Shown: positions 20,382-31,220, counted from the first letter of the stretch. The stretch is 64,000 bases of DNA from Candidatus Bathyarchaeia archaeon (GCA_049512075.1 JBEKXL010000003.1:128001-192000), one strand, 5' to 3'. Translations and numbers: made by a program. The notes: generated by a model not told the origin, from the letters alone.

Positions 20382-21239
20382 CTATCTCAGACTTTCCATG
20401 AGTGCCTGCATGCCGCTTGAAGCAAGAGTCAGCAACTCTAACGTTTTGTACGCGTCTGCCATGCTTTTGGCAGTGTACTCGACTCTTAAGCCGTCAATTC
20501 TCTTGATGCTGGTCAACAGTTCGGCAGCATCCGCAAATTGGCTTGCCAAGAAGTTTATCGCCATCCTCACGGGCTTCTTGGCGACCAACAGTCCGGCTTT
20601 GTCCTTTTTCTGAGCGGCGACTGCCTTTCTGACAGCTCTTCGCAGCTCCTTTTCAATACTGAGCATGCTCGCACTTTTTGCTGAAAGCCGGCTCATAGAG
20701 GTTTTCAGCGCAACGGTCTCAGCCCATGGCGCGGTTTTCTTGACATCATCCTCCAAGAGCTGGGCTTCACCAGCGACCAAAGCCACGGGAACGCCTAGCT
20801 CTCCGGCAACGTACGCGTTGAGGAGGAATTCACTAGCGGCTATTCCGTTTACTTCCACGCGGTTTATGCTCGCACCGCTGTAAGTGTGGTCAAACGTTGA
20901 CTTTGCAGTGCCGAATTTGGCGTGGTACCCAAGAAACATCGCTGTTTTGCAACCTTCTATCCCTGAGACCATGCTTAGCGGGCGAGGAAAACCTCTCACG
21001 ATCTCGACATACTCGGGCAAGTCGTCGATTAGAAGGTTAACCATAGGCCCGTGACTATCTGCAATGATGACTTTGTCAAAACCGTTTTTGCTCAGCTCAT
21101 CAGCCGCAATCAACGTGATTCTGGTGGCGATTCTCCTTGCCTCTTCATACAACGGGCCCTTCAGATTCAAGTGACCCGGGATGACGATGTAAGGCATGCC
21201 TTCGAGATCAACGGAAATGAAAGCCTTCATAGAAGCCAC
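20382..21239 (-). CDS. dppA: D-aminopeptidase (peptidase M55)
   Basis: SVDLEG, DSHG, GYHA, HTYS motifs. Confidence 0.9.
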   Translation of the reverse strand: MASMKAFISVDLEGMPYIVIPGHLNLKGPLYEEARRIATRITLIAADELSKNGFDKVIIADSHGPMVNLLIDDLPEYVEIVRGFPRPLSMVSGIEGCKTAMFLGYHAKFGTAKSTFDHTYSGASINRVEVNGIAASEFLLNAYVAGELGVPVALVAGEAQLLEDDVKKTAPWAETVALKTSMSRLSAKSASMLSIEKELRRAVRKAVAAQKKDKAGLLVAKKPVRMAINFLASQFADAAELLTSIKRIDGLRVEYTAKSMADAYKTLELLTLASSGMQALMESLR

Positions 21240-21413
21240 TCATTACAGTTGTATAAGAATGTGATTTAAGAATTACTGTTCTCCGACAGCTCTTGCGATT
21301 GCGGACTTTCGAACACTCAGACGGCGGAAGCAGTTTGTCAAACCTGCAAAAAGATTCTTTTTTATATAAGCAGTGTGCGTAATAAATTCGGAGTATGCTG
21401 TGAAGGGATTTCG

Positions 21414-21842
21414 ATGGCAGGAATGTTGTCAGTTAGAGAAGTGATGACGCGCGATGTTAAGGTCGTAAGAGAAGACACGAGCATGCAAGAAGTAATTGCA
21501 ACCATGATGAAGTTTGACATAAGTAGCGTGGTTGTTGTCCAGAAGGAGAGGCCTATTGGACTGATAACTCATAAGGACATATTGACCAGAGTGCTTCAGC
21601 CAGAGCTCCTTCCCGCCACTTTGACCGCGAGAAACGTGATGTCGGCTAGCCTCGTCACCATAGGAGAAGAAGCCAGTCTGGAAGAGGCAGCAAGACTTAT
21701 GGTCAGAAAGGGCTTCAAGAAGCTGCTAGTAGTGCAAGACGGCAAGCTCGTCGGAATTATCACAAGCATGGATATTGCCAGAGAAGAGCCTAAACTAACA
21801 AAGCTCTTTGAGGAATTGCTGAAATACTGCCCAAAACGCTGA
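21414..21842 (+). CDS. CBS-pair domain protein
   Basis: VREVMT, IGLIT..DI, LVGIITSMDI. Confidence 0.9.
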   Translation: MAGMLSVREVMTRDVKVVREDTSMQEVIATMMKFDISSVVVVQKERPIGLITHKDILTRVLQPELLPATLTARNVMSASLVTIGEEASLEEAARLMVRKGFKKLLVVQDGKLVGIITSMDIAREEPKLTKLFEELLKYCPKR

Positions 21843-22060
21843 CAACGAAATTCAAGGTTCGGCGACAAGCAATTAACAAGAATATCGACAGTGCGCCCTG
21901 ACGGCTCGTTAGGCCAACTGGACTTGATCATCCATCCACATGCCCATCTATTTCTATAGGCTCCTGTTGTAACATAGCATTAACTGACATTATAACGAGG
22001 AGCGGGCCACCTTTGACGGGCGCGCGCTCAACTCCATGCCCTATGAAGTTGACGCAGGCT

Positions 22061-23509
22061 TCACTCAGTTGAAAGGCCATAATGTTCTTCGATCATGTGA
22101 TGGTACTGATCTACTGGCATGCTGGAGGCAACCGCTCTTTGCACAACTTCGCTTAGGGAGGGGTGAATGTGCATTCCTTCGACTATTGGCTCTGCACTCT
22201 GGGTAGGCGTGTACATGAGGTTTATTATCTCCTGGATAAGGACAGAGGCGTATGGTCCGATGATGTGTGCACCCAGGATCTTCGTTGTAGTCGACTCCAT
22301 TATGACCTTGACGAAAAAGTCTTTCACACCCATGGCCAATCCCTTGGCAGTGTCTTCGTAGCGTTGGATTCCAATCAGAACGTTGCTCTTGCCATACTTT
22401 TCTATCGCTTCTGTCTCTTTGAGTCCAACGCTGGCAATTTCCGGATAGGTGAAGACGGCGTTCGGCACCGCGTGATAGTCGACTTTGATTCGTTTCTTCT
22501 GCACAGCATTGTAGTACACGAGCAATGCTTCGTAGTTCGCCACGTGCTTGAAGAGGTATTTGCCGTCGGCATCCCCAAAGGCCCAAACGTTTGGCTGCGA
22601 CGTTTCCAAATATTCATTGACAATTATCCATCCCTTTTCGTCTGTTCTTATTCCAGCCCTTTCCGGATGAAGTATGTCCGTGTTTGGTGCCCTTCCTGAA
22701 GCGATCAATATTTCTTCAGCGGCTACCTCTGCTTCTTTCCCACTCTCTCTGTTGACAGCAACTAGTTTTTTCCTTCCAGCTGAAGTGTTCTCGACGCTGC
22801 GAACCTCATGGTTGGTCATTATCGTGATGTGCTTCTGCAGCTCTCTCTTTGCCAGTGCCGACACTTCGGGCTCTTCTTCTGGAATGAACTGCCGATTTCT
22901 GCCGATAACAGTGACTTTCGACCCCATGGCAGAAAAGAAATGGCCGTATTCTGCTGCGATGTATCCTCCGCCGATGATTGCTATACTCTGGGGGAGGCTG
23001 TCCATTTTGAGGATGGTGTCGCTTGTATGATATTTGATGTTTTCTAGGCCTTTTATTGCTGGGATTAGCGGTTTTGATCCAGTGCACAAAAAAATCATTT
23101 CTGACTTTATGGTTTCCTTTCCAACCTTCATAGTGTATGGTGCGACGAATTCGGCCACGCTGTTGTAGTAATCCAAGTTTTTGGTGTGGGTGAGCCCTTG
23201 CTTCATCGCGTTTATGTCTACATGAATCAGTTTTCTCATTCTCTCCATAACTGCTCGGAAATCCACGTTTTTCATGTCCACGGATATTCCAAACTCCTTG
23301 GCCCTTTCAATTGTCCTCACCATCTCGGCGGGGTACAGCAGGATTTTGGAGGGAATACAGCCTCGCGTCAGGCATATTCCGCCAGGCTCGTCCTTGTCTA
23401 TCACCGCAACCTTAAGGTCAGGGGTTTCTTGTTCCATAGCATTCACGATTTCCAGGGCAGATCCCGAGCCTATGACGATGAGATCGTATTCCTTCACTTC
23501 AATCACCAC
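22061..23509 (-). CDS. dihydrolipoamide dehydrogenase-family flavoprotein disulfide reductase
   Basis: GGICLTRGCIPSK, GGGYIAAE, HIHPSLSE. Confidence 0.9.
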   Translation of the reverse strand: MVIEVKEYDLIVIGSGSALEIVNAMEQETPDLKVAVIDKDEPGGICLTRGCIPSKILLYPAEMVRTIERAKEFGISVDMKNVDFRAVMERMRKLIHVDINAMKQGLTHTKNLDYYNSVAEFVAPYTMKVGKETIKSEMIFLCTGSKPLIPAIKGLENIKYHTSDTILKMDSLPQSIAIIGGGYIAAEYGHFFSAMGSKVTVIGRNRQFIPEEEPEVSALAKRELQKHITIMTNHEVRSVENTSAGRKKLVAVNRESGKEAEVAAEEILIASGRAPNTDILHPERAGIRTDEKGWIIVNEYLETSQPNVWAFGDADGKYLFKHVANYEALLVYYNAVQKKRIKVDYHAVPNAVFTYPEIASVGLKETEAIEKYGKSNVLIGIQRYEDTAKGLAMGVKDFFVKVIMESTTTKILGAHIIGPYASVLIQEIINLMYTPTQSAEPIVEGMHIHPSLSEVVQRAVASSMPVDQYHHMIEEHYGLSTE

Positions 23510-23686
23510 GAGCTTGTTTGGAGATTAGGAGTGAAAAATGTAATAAATGTGATTGTTGAACGCGCAACCCGCGCTTTCATTGCGTGCTCTTTACAACCGG
23601 GACCGGAACTGGCCCTGCACCACTGATTCTCAGTATTGATTTTGACTTCATAAGCGCTTTATCAAGAAAACCAGCATTAACGCACA

Positions 23687-23711
23687 GGCTCTCACGCTTC
23701 GATGTGAGAGC
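23687..23711 (+). promoter_or_regulatory. hairpin in leader of the HExxH protein gene
   Basis: GGCTCTCAC...GTGAGAGCC perfect 9-bp inverted repeat. Confidence 0.4.
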
Positions 23712-23747
23712 CCAATTTGTAACAGCAACAGTCAAGAGGACATTAAA

Positions 23748-24203
23748 GTGATTGTCAAAAACAGTTCAAAATACCCTTCCGACCAGGTTGAAAACCTCGT
23801 GAAATTCGCTCTGAAGAACGTTCCACATTCCGAAGAATTGGAAGTGCATGTGAAAAATAGCAAACACGCATTCTACGGACGAATCTTCGCAAGCGCAGAG
23901 GATTGTACATGCGACTGCAACGGCCAACGCTTCCTAATTGTAGTCAGGATAGGCAGGGCGAAACACTTCCCGTACCTTTCCGTCTATCCGGACCACAAAC
24001 GGTGCCAAAAGTACGCGGTAATGTTGAACGACTGGAAGGAAGCACTCGTGAAAGTCACGGCGCATGAAGGAATGCACCTGAGACAATGGATAGAGAAGAA
24101 ACCCATGTGGGAACACCAGGCAGAAAGGCACGCAATAATGATTCTGGGCAAGTACCGAGACACTGTCGTCGCTTGTGCGCCGCTACTGAGTCCCATTGAC
24201 TAG
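23748..24203 (+). CDS. small putative zinc metallopeptidase (HExxH)
   Basis: AHEGMHLRQ plus downstream WEHQAE; SD GAGG. Confidence 0.7.
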   Translation: MIVKNSSKYPSDQVENLVKFALKNVPHSEELEVHVKNSKHAFYGRIFASAEDCTCDCNGQRFLIVVRIGRAKHFPYLSVYPDHKRCQKYAVMLNDWKEALVKVTAHEGMHLRQWIEKKPMWEHQAERHAIMILGKYRDTVVACAPLLSPID

Positions 24204-24529
24204 ATAGGCGATCTTAGCGCGCATGTGTGTTCCTAGGTTCGATGTTTGAGTGTGATGAGGATGAGCAGCGTTCTTGTGTTGCGTGATTTGTGTGCGCGCG
24301 CAACGGGTGTAGGCCCCTCTATTTGAAGTTAAATATGACTTCTCGGTTCTGGGTGTGCGGCAGTGTGGATGGGTGGTCCTAAACTGGTGTAAAACGCTTT
24401 TTGTTCTTCTCTTGCCTGTTTGCGATTGATATGGCTTGTTTGAGGGGCAAATCTTGCGCGCGCTGTTAATCCAAGTATGCTGAAACACCTTTTGCATCAT
24501 AGCCCAGCAAAGTCGCTCCCCTTTTTCAC

Positions 24530-24635
24530 TTGTAATGTCAGATGTAATGTGTACTGTTACAAACCATGGAGAAAATCAGGCTGGACTACTGTTCAGAGTG
24601 GACTCGGCCCTTTTATTTGTAATGTCAGATGTAAT
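24530..24635. repeat. 19-bp direct repeat
   Basis: TTGTAATGTCAGATGTAAT at 24530-24548 and 24617-24635. Confidence 0.85.
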
Positions 24636-24869
24636 TTTCAATGTAATAGACAGGGACGGTAGTGTTGCCCGCGGTACAAAGCCAGAACGGTTAGGTCTGG
24701 CAGGCTTACTTCGCCGTTGCCGTCTATGTCGCGCGCGCTGGTCATTAAACAGAAAAATAGCGTTTGAGGCGTGTGCTCTATGCTTTGCCGATTGCCTCCT
24801 TTGTGCAAGGTTTATTACTTCAATCACGAGTAACCAATAAGCCGTTGGCGATCTGAAGGAAGGCTGCAT

Positions 24870-26162
24870 ATGCGTACGTACGTTCACCGTCTGCCCGGCA
24901 TCGTTTTAACTGGCCATGAATTCAATGTGCCCTTTGATCACAGGCAGCCCGATGGCGAGATGATAAGCATCTTTGGACGCGAAGTGGTTGCGAGTGACAA
25001 GGAAAAGAGCGATTTGCCGTGGCTTGTCTTCTTTCAAGGTGGTCCCGGTATGGAAGCGCCGCGTCCTGAAAACAGCAGTGGCTGGCTGAAAAGAGCACTG
25101 CAAGAGTATCGTGTGTTTCTGCTTGATCAACGCGGGACAGGCCGCAGCACGCCCGTCAACTATCAGACGTTGGCGCGGTTCGCCACTGCTAGAGAGCAGG
25201 CTGAATACCTGAAGAATTTTCGCGCTGATTCAATCGTGCGAGACGCTGAATTGATTCGACGCGAATTGCTCGGAGAGGGTGGCCGCTGGAGTGTGCTGGG
25301 GCAGAGCTACGGGGGCTTCTGCGTGACGCATTATCTGTCCGTCGCGCCAGATGGACTGAAGGAGGCGATTATGACTGGTGGATTACCGCCGTTGAATCGG
25401 CCGCCCGACGACGTTTATCGCGCCACTTATCAGCGCGTCATTGACAAGAACAGACTTTACTACGAACGTTACCCCGATGACATCGGACGTGTGAGAGAAA
25501 TCGTCGACTATCTAGAGTCGCATGAGGTGAACTTGCCAGGTGGCGATAGACTGTCACCGAGACGGTTTCAGCAACTCGGCATAGCGTTCGGGATGAACAA
25601 CGGTTTCGAACAAGTTCACTACCTGCTCGAAAAAGCGTTCCTTCGCGACGCAGCTAATCTGCAGATAAGCTATGCTTTCCTGCGCGGCTTCGAAAACTCC
25701 CTCTCGTTTGAAACCAACCCAATCTACGCGATTCTGCACGAATCACTCTACTGCGAGGAAACCGCCTCCAACTGGTCAGCTGATCGCGTCCGACAAGAGT
25801 GCCCAGAATTTGAGATCACACGTGATCAACCTGTGTACTTCACGGGCGAGATGGTGTATCCATGGATGTTTGACGAGTACAAGTACCTGCGACCATTGAA
25901 AGAGGCGGCGGAGATTTTGGCGACGTACGACGGCTGGCCGAAGCTGTACGATAAATCGGTCTTGCAATCGAACACAGTTCCGTGCGCAGCCGCCATTTAC
26001 TACAACGACATGTACGTCGAGCGAACGCTCTCAGAGGAAACCGCAAAGAACATTCGCGGCATCAAGCTATGGGTCACCAGTGAATACTATCACAATGGCC
26101 TGCGCGCCGATGGTGAAAAAGTGCTGGGCCGCTTACTGGGCATGCTCCATGGAGAAAACTGA
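24870..26162 (+). CDS. pip: proline iminopeptidase (alpha/beta hydrolase, S33), bacterial type
   Basis: QGGPG, LDQRGTGRS, FRADSIVRDAE, GQSYGG, DMYV, HNG. Confidence 0.9.
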   Translation: MRTYVHRLPGIVLTGHEFNVPFDHRQPDGEMISIFGREVVASDKEKSDLPWLVFFQGGPGMEAPRPENSSGWLKRALQEYRVFLLDQRGTGRSTPVNYQTLARFATAREQAEYLKNFRADSIVRDAELIRRELLGEGGRWSVLGQSYGGFCVTHYLSVAPDGLKEAIMTGGLPPLNRPPDDVYRATYQRVIDKNRLYYERYPDDIGRVREIVDYLESHEVNLPGGDRLSPRRFQQLGIAFGMNNGFEQVHYLLEKAFLRDAANLQISYAFLRGFENSLSFETNPIYAILHESLYCEETASNWSADRVRQECPEFEITRDQPVYFTGEMVYPWMFDEYKYLRPLKEAAEILATYDGWPKLYDKSVLQSNTVPCAAAIYYNDMYVERTLSEETAKNIRGIKLWVTSEYYHNGLRADGEKVLGRLLGMLHGEN

Positions 26163-26422
26163 TACGGCACTCAATTACATCGAAAAATATGCAAAGCTGT
26201 ATCGCGTGGTGACAGAAGCCAACAAGTCGGCCAAACATGTGTGTGAGTAGCGCTTTCAAAGATTGGGCAGACGCGTTGAATGGAGCGCTCTGACATTTGG
26301 GTTAAAGCTTGGCAAGCGCGTGGTGGCTGAATTTCAGTGTTTCAGAAAGAGATAAAATAGGCATGTTATGACGGTATAGTGTTGCCGAAGCTGTGGCTTG
26401 GGAATAAAGGCATGAGTCTGGA

Positions 26423-26683
26423 GTGAGCTGTTTGACTTCATTATTGTGCAGATTGGGGCTACACAAGTGGAAGAATTACGGAGAAGTTGTGAAGATTAGC
26501 TGGAAGGAGCCAGGGTTTGTTCCATCAACCACGGAGAAAATTGAAAAGTTTGTGCACTCGGAGAGGATGTGTTTGCGATGCGGAATAAAGGAGAGGAGAA
26601 GATTCGCTGAAAACCGAGATGGATCTCAAGCAGCAATAGGATGGGAAAGAATAAACAACGGAACACAGAATTCAACACAGTAA
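26423..26683 (+). CDS. small Cys/His protein (DUF1660-like)
   Basis: LLCRLGLHKW ... CLRCG. Confidence 0.7.
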   Translation: MSCLTSLLCRLGLHKWKNYGEVVKISWKEPGFVPSTTEKIEKFVHSERMCLRCGIKERRRFAENRDGSQAAIGWERINNGTQNSTQ

Positions 26684-26739
26684 GCGCGCCTCAAAGATGC
26701 ACACGTATTCTGTACAATAGTCGTGTTTTGCTCCTCTAC

Positions 26740-26948
26740 TTACATGACAGAGTTCCATACGTTCATCGAGTGTGTGGCAGGTTCTATGAGCGGCATGAAC
26801 TCTTCTCTGAATCTTATCATCGCATTGTCTTTTCGCATTCTCGCCCTCCATTTTTCAGCTTCCGCCAGGTCCTTGAACGCCATCATTTCAACATGCACAC
26901 CCGACAAGCTATCGAATGCTTGGCGATAGATTCTCCATGAGCGCGCGC
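26740..26948 (-). pseudogene. 5'-truncated gene fragment (NIPSNAP/dimeric barrel-like)
   Basis: Protein-like frame SWRIYRQAFDSLSGVHVEMMAFKDLAEAEKW...VWNSVM begins at a GCGCGCGC site; no credible N-terminus. Confidence 0.5.
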
Positions 26949-27093
26949 TCCGTTCCAAGTCATATTAATGATTTAATCAAGTTGTATCAATGATTTAAGC
27001 GTCCGCTATCAGGTGAGCGAGAAGCCAAAGAAAAGAGAGTTAAGATTCAAATACAGGAAAACCCACTTTTTTCGGCAATCGGAGAGGCTAGCG

Positions 27094-28320
27094 TTGTTCA
27101 ACGAGTACAGAGATATGCCGAAGGAGGCAAAGTACCTGATATACTCGTCGATATTTCCCTCCCTCGCATACGGGATGTTCTACACTGACCTATCATATTT
27201 TCTCACTACGGTTCAGGGGCTGTCCTACGAGTTGATGGGAACCGTGATAACCCTAATGGGAGTGTCTACGGTCATAGCCAGCATCCCGCTGGGAATAGCC
27301 GCCGACAAATACGGAAGAAAAAGATTCCTAGTACTGGGCAACGTGCTCGCGAGCAGCATAATCGCAGTTTTCGCTTTAACTACAAACCCTGCGTTGCTCG
27401 TGCTCGCTGCGATCGTTGAGGGAGTTTCTGAAGCGTCTTTTTCGGCTTCAACAAATGCTCTGCTTGCGGAGAAAGCTGGAGATACAAGGAGGAACAGCGC
27501 CTTCTCCCTAGCTGGCTTCGCGCAGGGTATAGCCTTCGGCGTGGGGAGTTTCATGATACCAGTTGTTGTGATATTCTCTGCATTCGGGCTTACGAGTGGG
27601 GAAAGCCACGTTCTGCTTTACGTAATACTGGCTGCCATCAGTCTGGCTTCAACGCTCATCATGCTCAAGATCAGCGAGTCGAAAAATCTGAAGAAAGCCC
27701 ACGCAGGCGTGAGGGAACTGCTTCCTAAGAAATCGATACGGGTCTTAATGAAATATGTGTTGACCAGTGCCATAATCGCCTTTGGGGCGGGCATGGTGGT
27801 CCCGCTGATGGCCGCTTGGCTTAAGGCTCAGTACGGTATTTCAGACGCGATAAGCGGTCCTATTCTGGGAGTTTCAAACATAGTGATTGGAGTAGCAACT
27901 TTGGCCGCGCCTCCGCTTGCCAGAAGAATCGGCATCGTCAAAGCCATCGTCGCAACCCAAGCATTCTCAACTATATTCATGTTTGCCACGCCATTATTCC
28001 CTGATTATGTCTCAGCCAGCGTGGTCTACACTTCCAGAAGCTTCCTGATGAACATGGCAAGCCCGCTTCAGCAGTCCATGATAATGGGACTAGTGGCAGA
28101 AGACGAGCGAGGCGCAGCCTCTGGAGTAAGCGCTGCCCTGTGGAGGTTGCCCAACGCCTTAAGCAGTTTCATCGGCGCCTATCTGATTGGCATAGGGCTA
28201 TTAGCAGCGCCCTTCTTCCTGGCTGCCGTCTTGTACATTGTTTCAATCGCGCTGTTCTGGTACTACTTCCGGAACACAAGAATGCCAGAAGAGGAGACTA
28301 CCAAAAACGTTGCTAATTAG
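27094..28320 (+). CDS. MFS transporter
   Basis: Motif A GIAADKYGRKR; about 12 TM; TTG start after GGAGAGG. Confidence 0.93.
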   Translation: MFNEYRDMPKEAKYLIYSSIFPSLAYGMFYTDLSYFLTTVQGLSYELMGTVITLMGVSTVIASIPLGIAADKYGRKRFLVLGNVLASSIIAVFALTTNPALLVLAAIVEGVSEASFSASTNALLAEKAGDTRRNSAFSLAGFAQGIAFGVGSFMIPVVVIFSAFGLTSGESHVLLYVILAAISLASTLIMLKISESKNLKKAHAGVRELLPKKSIRVLMKYVLTSAIIAFGAGMVVPLMAAWLKAQYGISDAISGPILGVSNIVIGVATLAAPPLARRIGIVKAIVATQAFSTIFMFATPLFPDYVSASVVYTSRSFLMNMASPLQQSMIMGLVAEDERGAASGVSAALWRLPNALSSFIGAYLIGIGLLAAPFFLAAVLYIVSIALFWYYFRNTRMPEEETTKNVAN

Positions 28321-28449
28321 CAGGTTTGAACAGCACACGCCCAAATTTCATCGGAGACGGCATCGTGGCCCACGCGAGCGTCACTAGGCGTTAAGATGGA
28401 AAGAAGAATGACAAAGCGAGTGAGTTGTGGAAAGGCAAAGCGCGAATGG

Positions 28450-30102
28450 CTAGGCTTTCATTTGTTCTAGCTTCTGGTTGAAGACTTTTCGAACCAAAGA
28501 CAAGGGTAAGTAGCCGTTGGCAATCAGGGTGTCGTGGAAGAATCTCTCATTGAATTTGCTGCCCATTTTCTCTTTTATCTCACTCTTCAACTGCAGAATC
28601 AAGTGTTTTCCCAGCAAGTACGAAAGCGGGTAAGCTGGCGTCTGCGTGTACCTCCTGACTTCGGCGGTAGCACCTTCCTTTGACATGCCCGTTTCCTCGA
28701 CGAGCATGCGAACAGCATCGTCAAAAGTCATCTCGCCTCTTGACAGCTTAACATCCACGACCATACGAACAGCTCTCCAGATAACGTCGTTGATTTGAAT
28801 AAGCTTGGTTTCGTTATCTGTTATGAAGCCTTTTTCAGCCATCATCTCTTCACAATAGTGAGCCCATCCTTCTGTGGTTTCCACTCCGTTAGGCAATAGG
28901 CGGATTATGCTGTGTCGGTTCGAGACAGCGCCCTGCAGGAAGTGTCCTGGATAAGCCTCGTGCACAGCAGTGTTTCGCACAGACTTGTGGTTCAGGTGGT
29001 TGCCTAGGTTTGCCACGTCTTTAGGCCTTGTGACTATGTAAATTCCTATCTGGGGCTTGTCATACTTTGCAGGCATCATTAGAGCCGCGAAGGGTATGAG
29101 AGGCGCAATGAATGCTGGTGTCTCCCTCACGTACAGCTTGTCTTCAGGATAGACCGTGGCTATGCCTTTCTTCTGCACGAACTCTTTGGCCTCTTCCATG
29201 GTTTTCTCGGTGAACTTCAAAGCTTCCTCGAAGGTTTTCGGAGCGTCCGATTCAATCTTCTTAATCACGTACTCGACTGTCTTTCCAGGTGCTATTTGCT
29301 GTGCAAGCCGTTTTCTCTCAGCCTTCAGCTTCCTAAGATAATCTTCCCCCAGCCTGAGTATCTGTTCAGAGGTCATGCCTAGGTCCCGCAGTCTGATGAG
29401 CTTCTCATACTTCTCCTTGCCCAACGCCCAATTCTCAGTCGTTCTCGGCAGAAGACTGTTAAGCCACTTCAGATGTTTCTCAAGCTCAGGCATGAGTCCC
29501 TCAACCGCTCTGCTCAGCCGGCCATAGGCTTTGTCTGAGATCTGTCCCTTGGCTATCTGCAGCAGGAACTGAAAGAGACCGCCAATACTTTGCGCTGACT
29601 CTAGGGCGACTTCGGTCCAAAGCTTCACCGGGTTGGACTTATCAAACCTGGAGCGGAACTCTTCAAGATACTTCGGAGCCCGTTCCAAGCGGGAGGCTAT
29701 CGCGTCCATCCTCTTCTCCAAAGGTGCATAATCTCTAGTGAGCATCAAAAAGACCAGCCCGCCCAAAATGTCGAAGGCATCAGGGTTGAGCTCATGCAAC
29801 CGATGCTCGTAGAACGAAAACCGCGAGAACTCGTGAACCCTCTCCATCACTTCCCAATCCAGTTTATGCTCATCGTTCAGCTCTCGCCTCTTAACAGTCT
29901 CCTTTAGCCGGTTCAGCCACTGTTCCTCCAGCTCAAGATTCTTCAGCAGTCTCGCTGTCGATCCATCCGGCAGCACGTAATCATAAGGGTCGTGCAACCC
30001 GAGTTCCGTGGCATAATCAGGATTGCACTCAAGAAACTTGTCAATCATTTCTTTCGTTACCTCATCAAACCTCTGATCTGCGCTCAACAATTGCCACCTC
30101 AT
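28450..30102 (-). CDS. DUF885 family metallopeptidase-like protein
   Basis: HEAYPGHFLQ, EGWAHYCE, RAVRMVVDV, SYLLG. Confidence 0.9.
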   Translation of the reverse strand: MRWQLLSADQRFDEVTKEMIDKFLECNPDYATELGLHDPYDYVLPDGSTARLLKNLELEEQWLNRLKETVKRRELNDEHKLDWEVMERVHEFSRFSFYEHRLHELNPDAFDILGGLVFLMLTRDYAPLEKRMDAIASRLERAPKYLEEFRSRFDKSNPVKLWTEVALESAQSIGGLFQFLLQIAKGQISDKAYGRLSRAVEGLMPELEKHLKWLNSLLPRTTENWALGKEKYEKLIRLRDLGMTSEQILRLGEDYLRKLKAERKRLAQQIAPGKTVEYVIKKIESDAPKTFEEALKFTEKTMEEAKEFVQKKGIATVYPEDKLYVRETPAFIAPLIPFAALMMPAKYDKPQIGIYIVTRPKDVANLGNHLNHKSVRNTAVHEAYPGHFLQGAVSNRHSIIRLLPNGVETTEGWAHYCEEMMAEKGFITDNETKLIQINDVIWRAVRMVVDVKLSRGEMTFDDAVRMLVEETGMSKEGATAEVRRYTQTPAYPLSYLLGKHLILQLKSEIKEKMGSKFNERFFHDTLIANGYLPLSLVRKVFNQKLEQMKA

Positions 30103-30418
30103 TCTTGGACAGAACGTGTGCAGAAGAGATAATTAAGGCTTGATAGACGACGAGTGTTAAAATAGCAATCAAGGACTTCTGATACCTGGGTTATGAAATC
30201 CCTCCAACGTGAGAACACGTCGGAAGTAGCGGGCAGCCAAGCTCTTGGAAAGTCACAATTATCTGATTAATGGTTATTGTTAGAAACTCTAGCTAAACTG
30301 GCAAAAACCCACAACCTATGCTAGTCTCGAGCATCACGGGAAGCTGAACCTTACATCACTATTCAGGATTCACAAATCATATCAACTATACCAAGTTATT
30401 CTTAGTTTCTGACTAAGC

Positions 30419-30568
30419 ATGTCGGAAAAGACCTTTCAAACACAGACAACAGCCGAACGAGTGAAATGTAACAAATGTGGAAAAAGGGACGCAACACACG
30501 AAGATCACTTGTGTGACAGCTGCCGTTTCATGCAAACCATGGACAACATCGCAAAGAGCAGAGAGTAA
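30419..30568 (+). CDS. 49-aa zinc-finger microprotein
   Basis: Hand translation MSEKTFQTQTTAERVKCNKCGKRDATHEDHLCDSCRFMQTMDNIAKSRE; two CxxC. Confidence 0.6.
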   Translation: MSEKTFQTQTTAERVKCNKCGKRDATHEDHLCDSCRFMQTMDNIAKSRE

Positions 30569-30627
30569 GAAAATCAGACAAGAATCACTCGAACCCAAAA
30601 CTCAACACGATCGACTCAGGTAGGACT

Positions 30628-31053
30628 CTAGAGAGCTCCAAACCTTCTTCTCAGATTATCCCTAATCACATCTATGCTTGTCTTCTCTTCTTCTGAAGCC
30701 CGATTTCGCATTTCCTCTATCTGCTGCCCGCGCGCTTCTTCCTCGCGATTGTATTCATCAAGGGATGTGTTCGTCCTCTCTATGACCTGCTTAACCCAAT
30801 CCAGCTTGTCCTCAAGGTCGTATTTCGTCGTCACAAGCCGAAGATTATCGCCCACCACAAAGAGCTTCCTATCCCACAGGTGTCTACTCGACTTCCACTC
30901 ACGCTCAAAAATATCCTGCCAAACATGACTGGGCACAGAATCTAGAGGAAGATCAATGACGTAAGCATCAGCAAAATAACGATCTTTGCTTATAGCAATG
31001 GAATCGACATTAATAGGCTCGGAAAGTTTCACCTTACGCAAGTAATCTCTCAT
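30628..31053 (-). CDS. hypothetical protein
   Basis: SD GGAGGT before ATG 31053; protein-like composition. Confidence 0.75.
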   Translation of the reverse strand: MRDYLRKVKLSEPINVDSIAISKDRYFADAYVIDLPLDSVPSHVWQDIFEREWKSSRHLWDRKLFVVGDNLRLVTTKYDLEDKLDWVKQVIERTNTSLDEYNREEEARGQQIEEMRNRASEEEKTSIDVIRDNLRRRFGAL

Positions 31054-31220
31054 ACACAACCTCCAATTCAATCTTACCGCTCCTACTTTAAAAGTCCTGT
31101 GCCACATGTTCACAAATGCAAACACACGCCATCCATGTCGGCGTTCAAATTCCATTTTGAAGATATGTGACGCCTAGAACCATGGCACGCAGAGAAAAAC
31201 AGGTGCTGGTAGACGAATTT

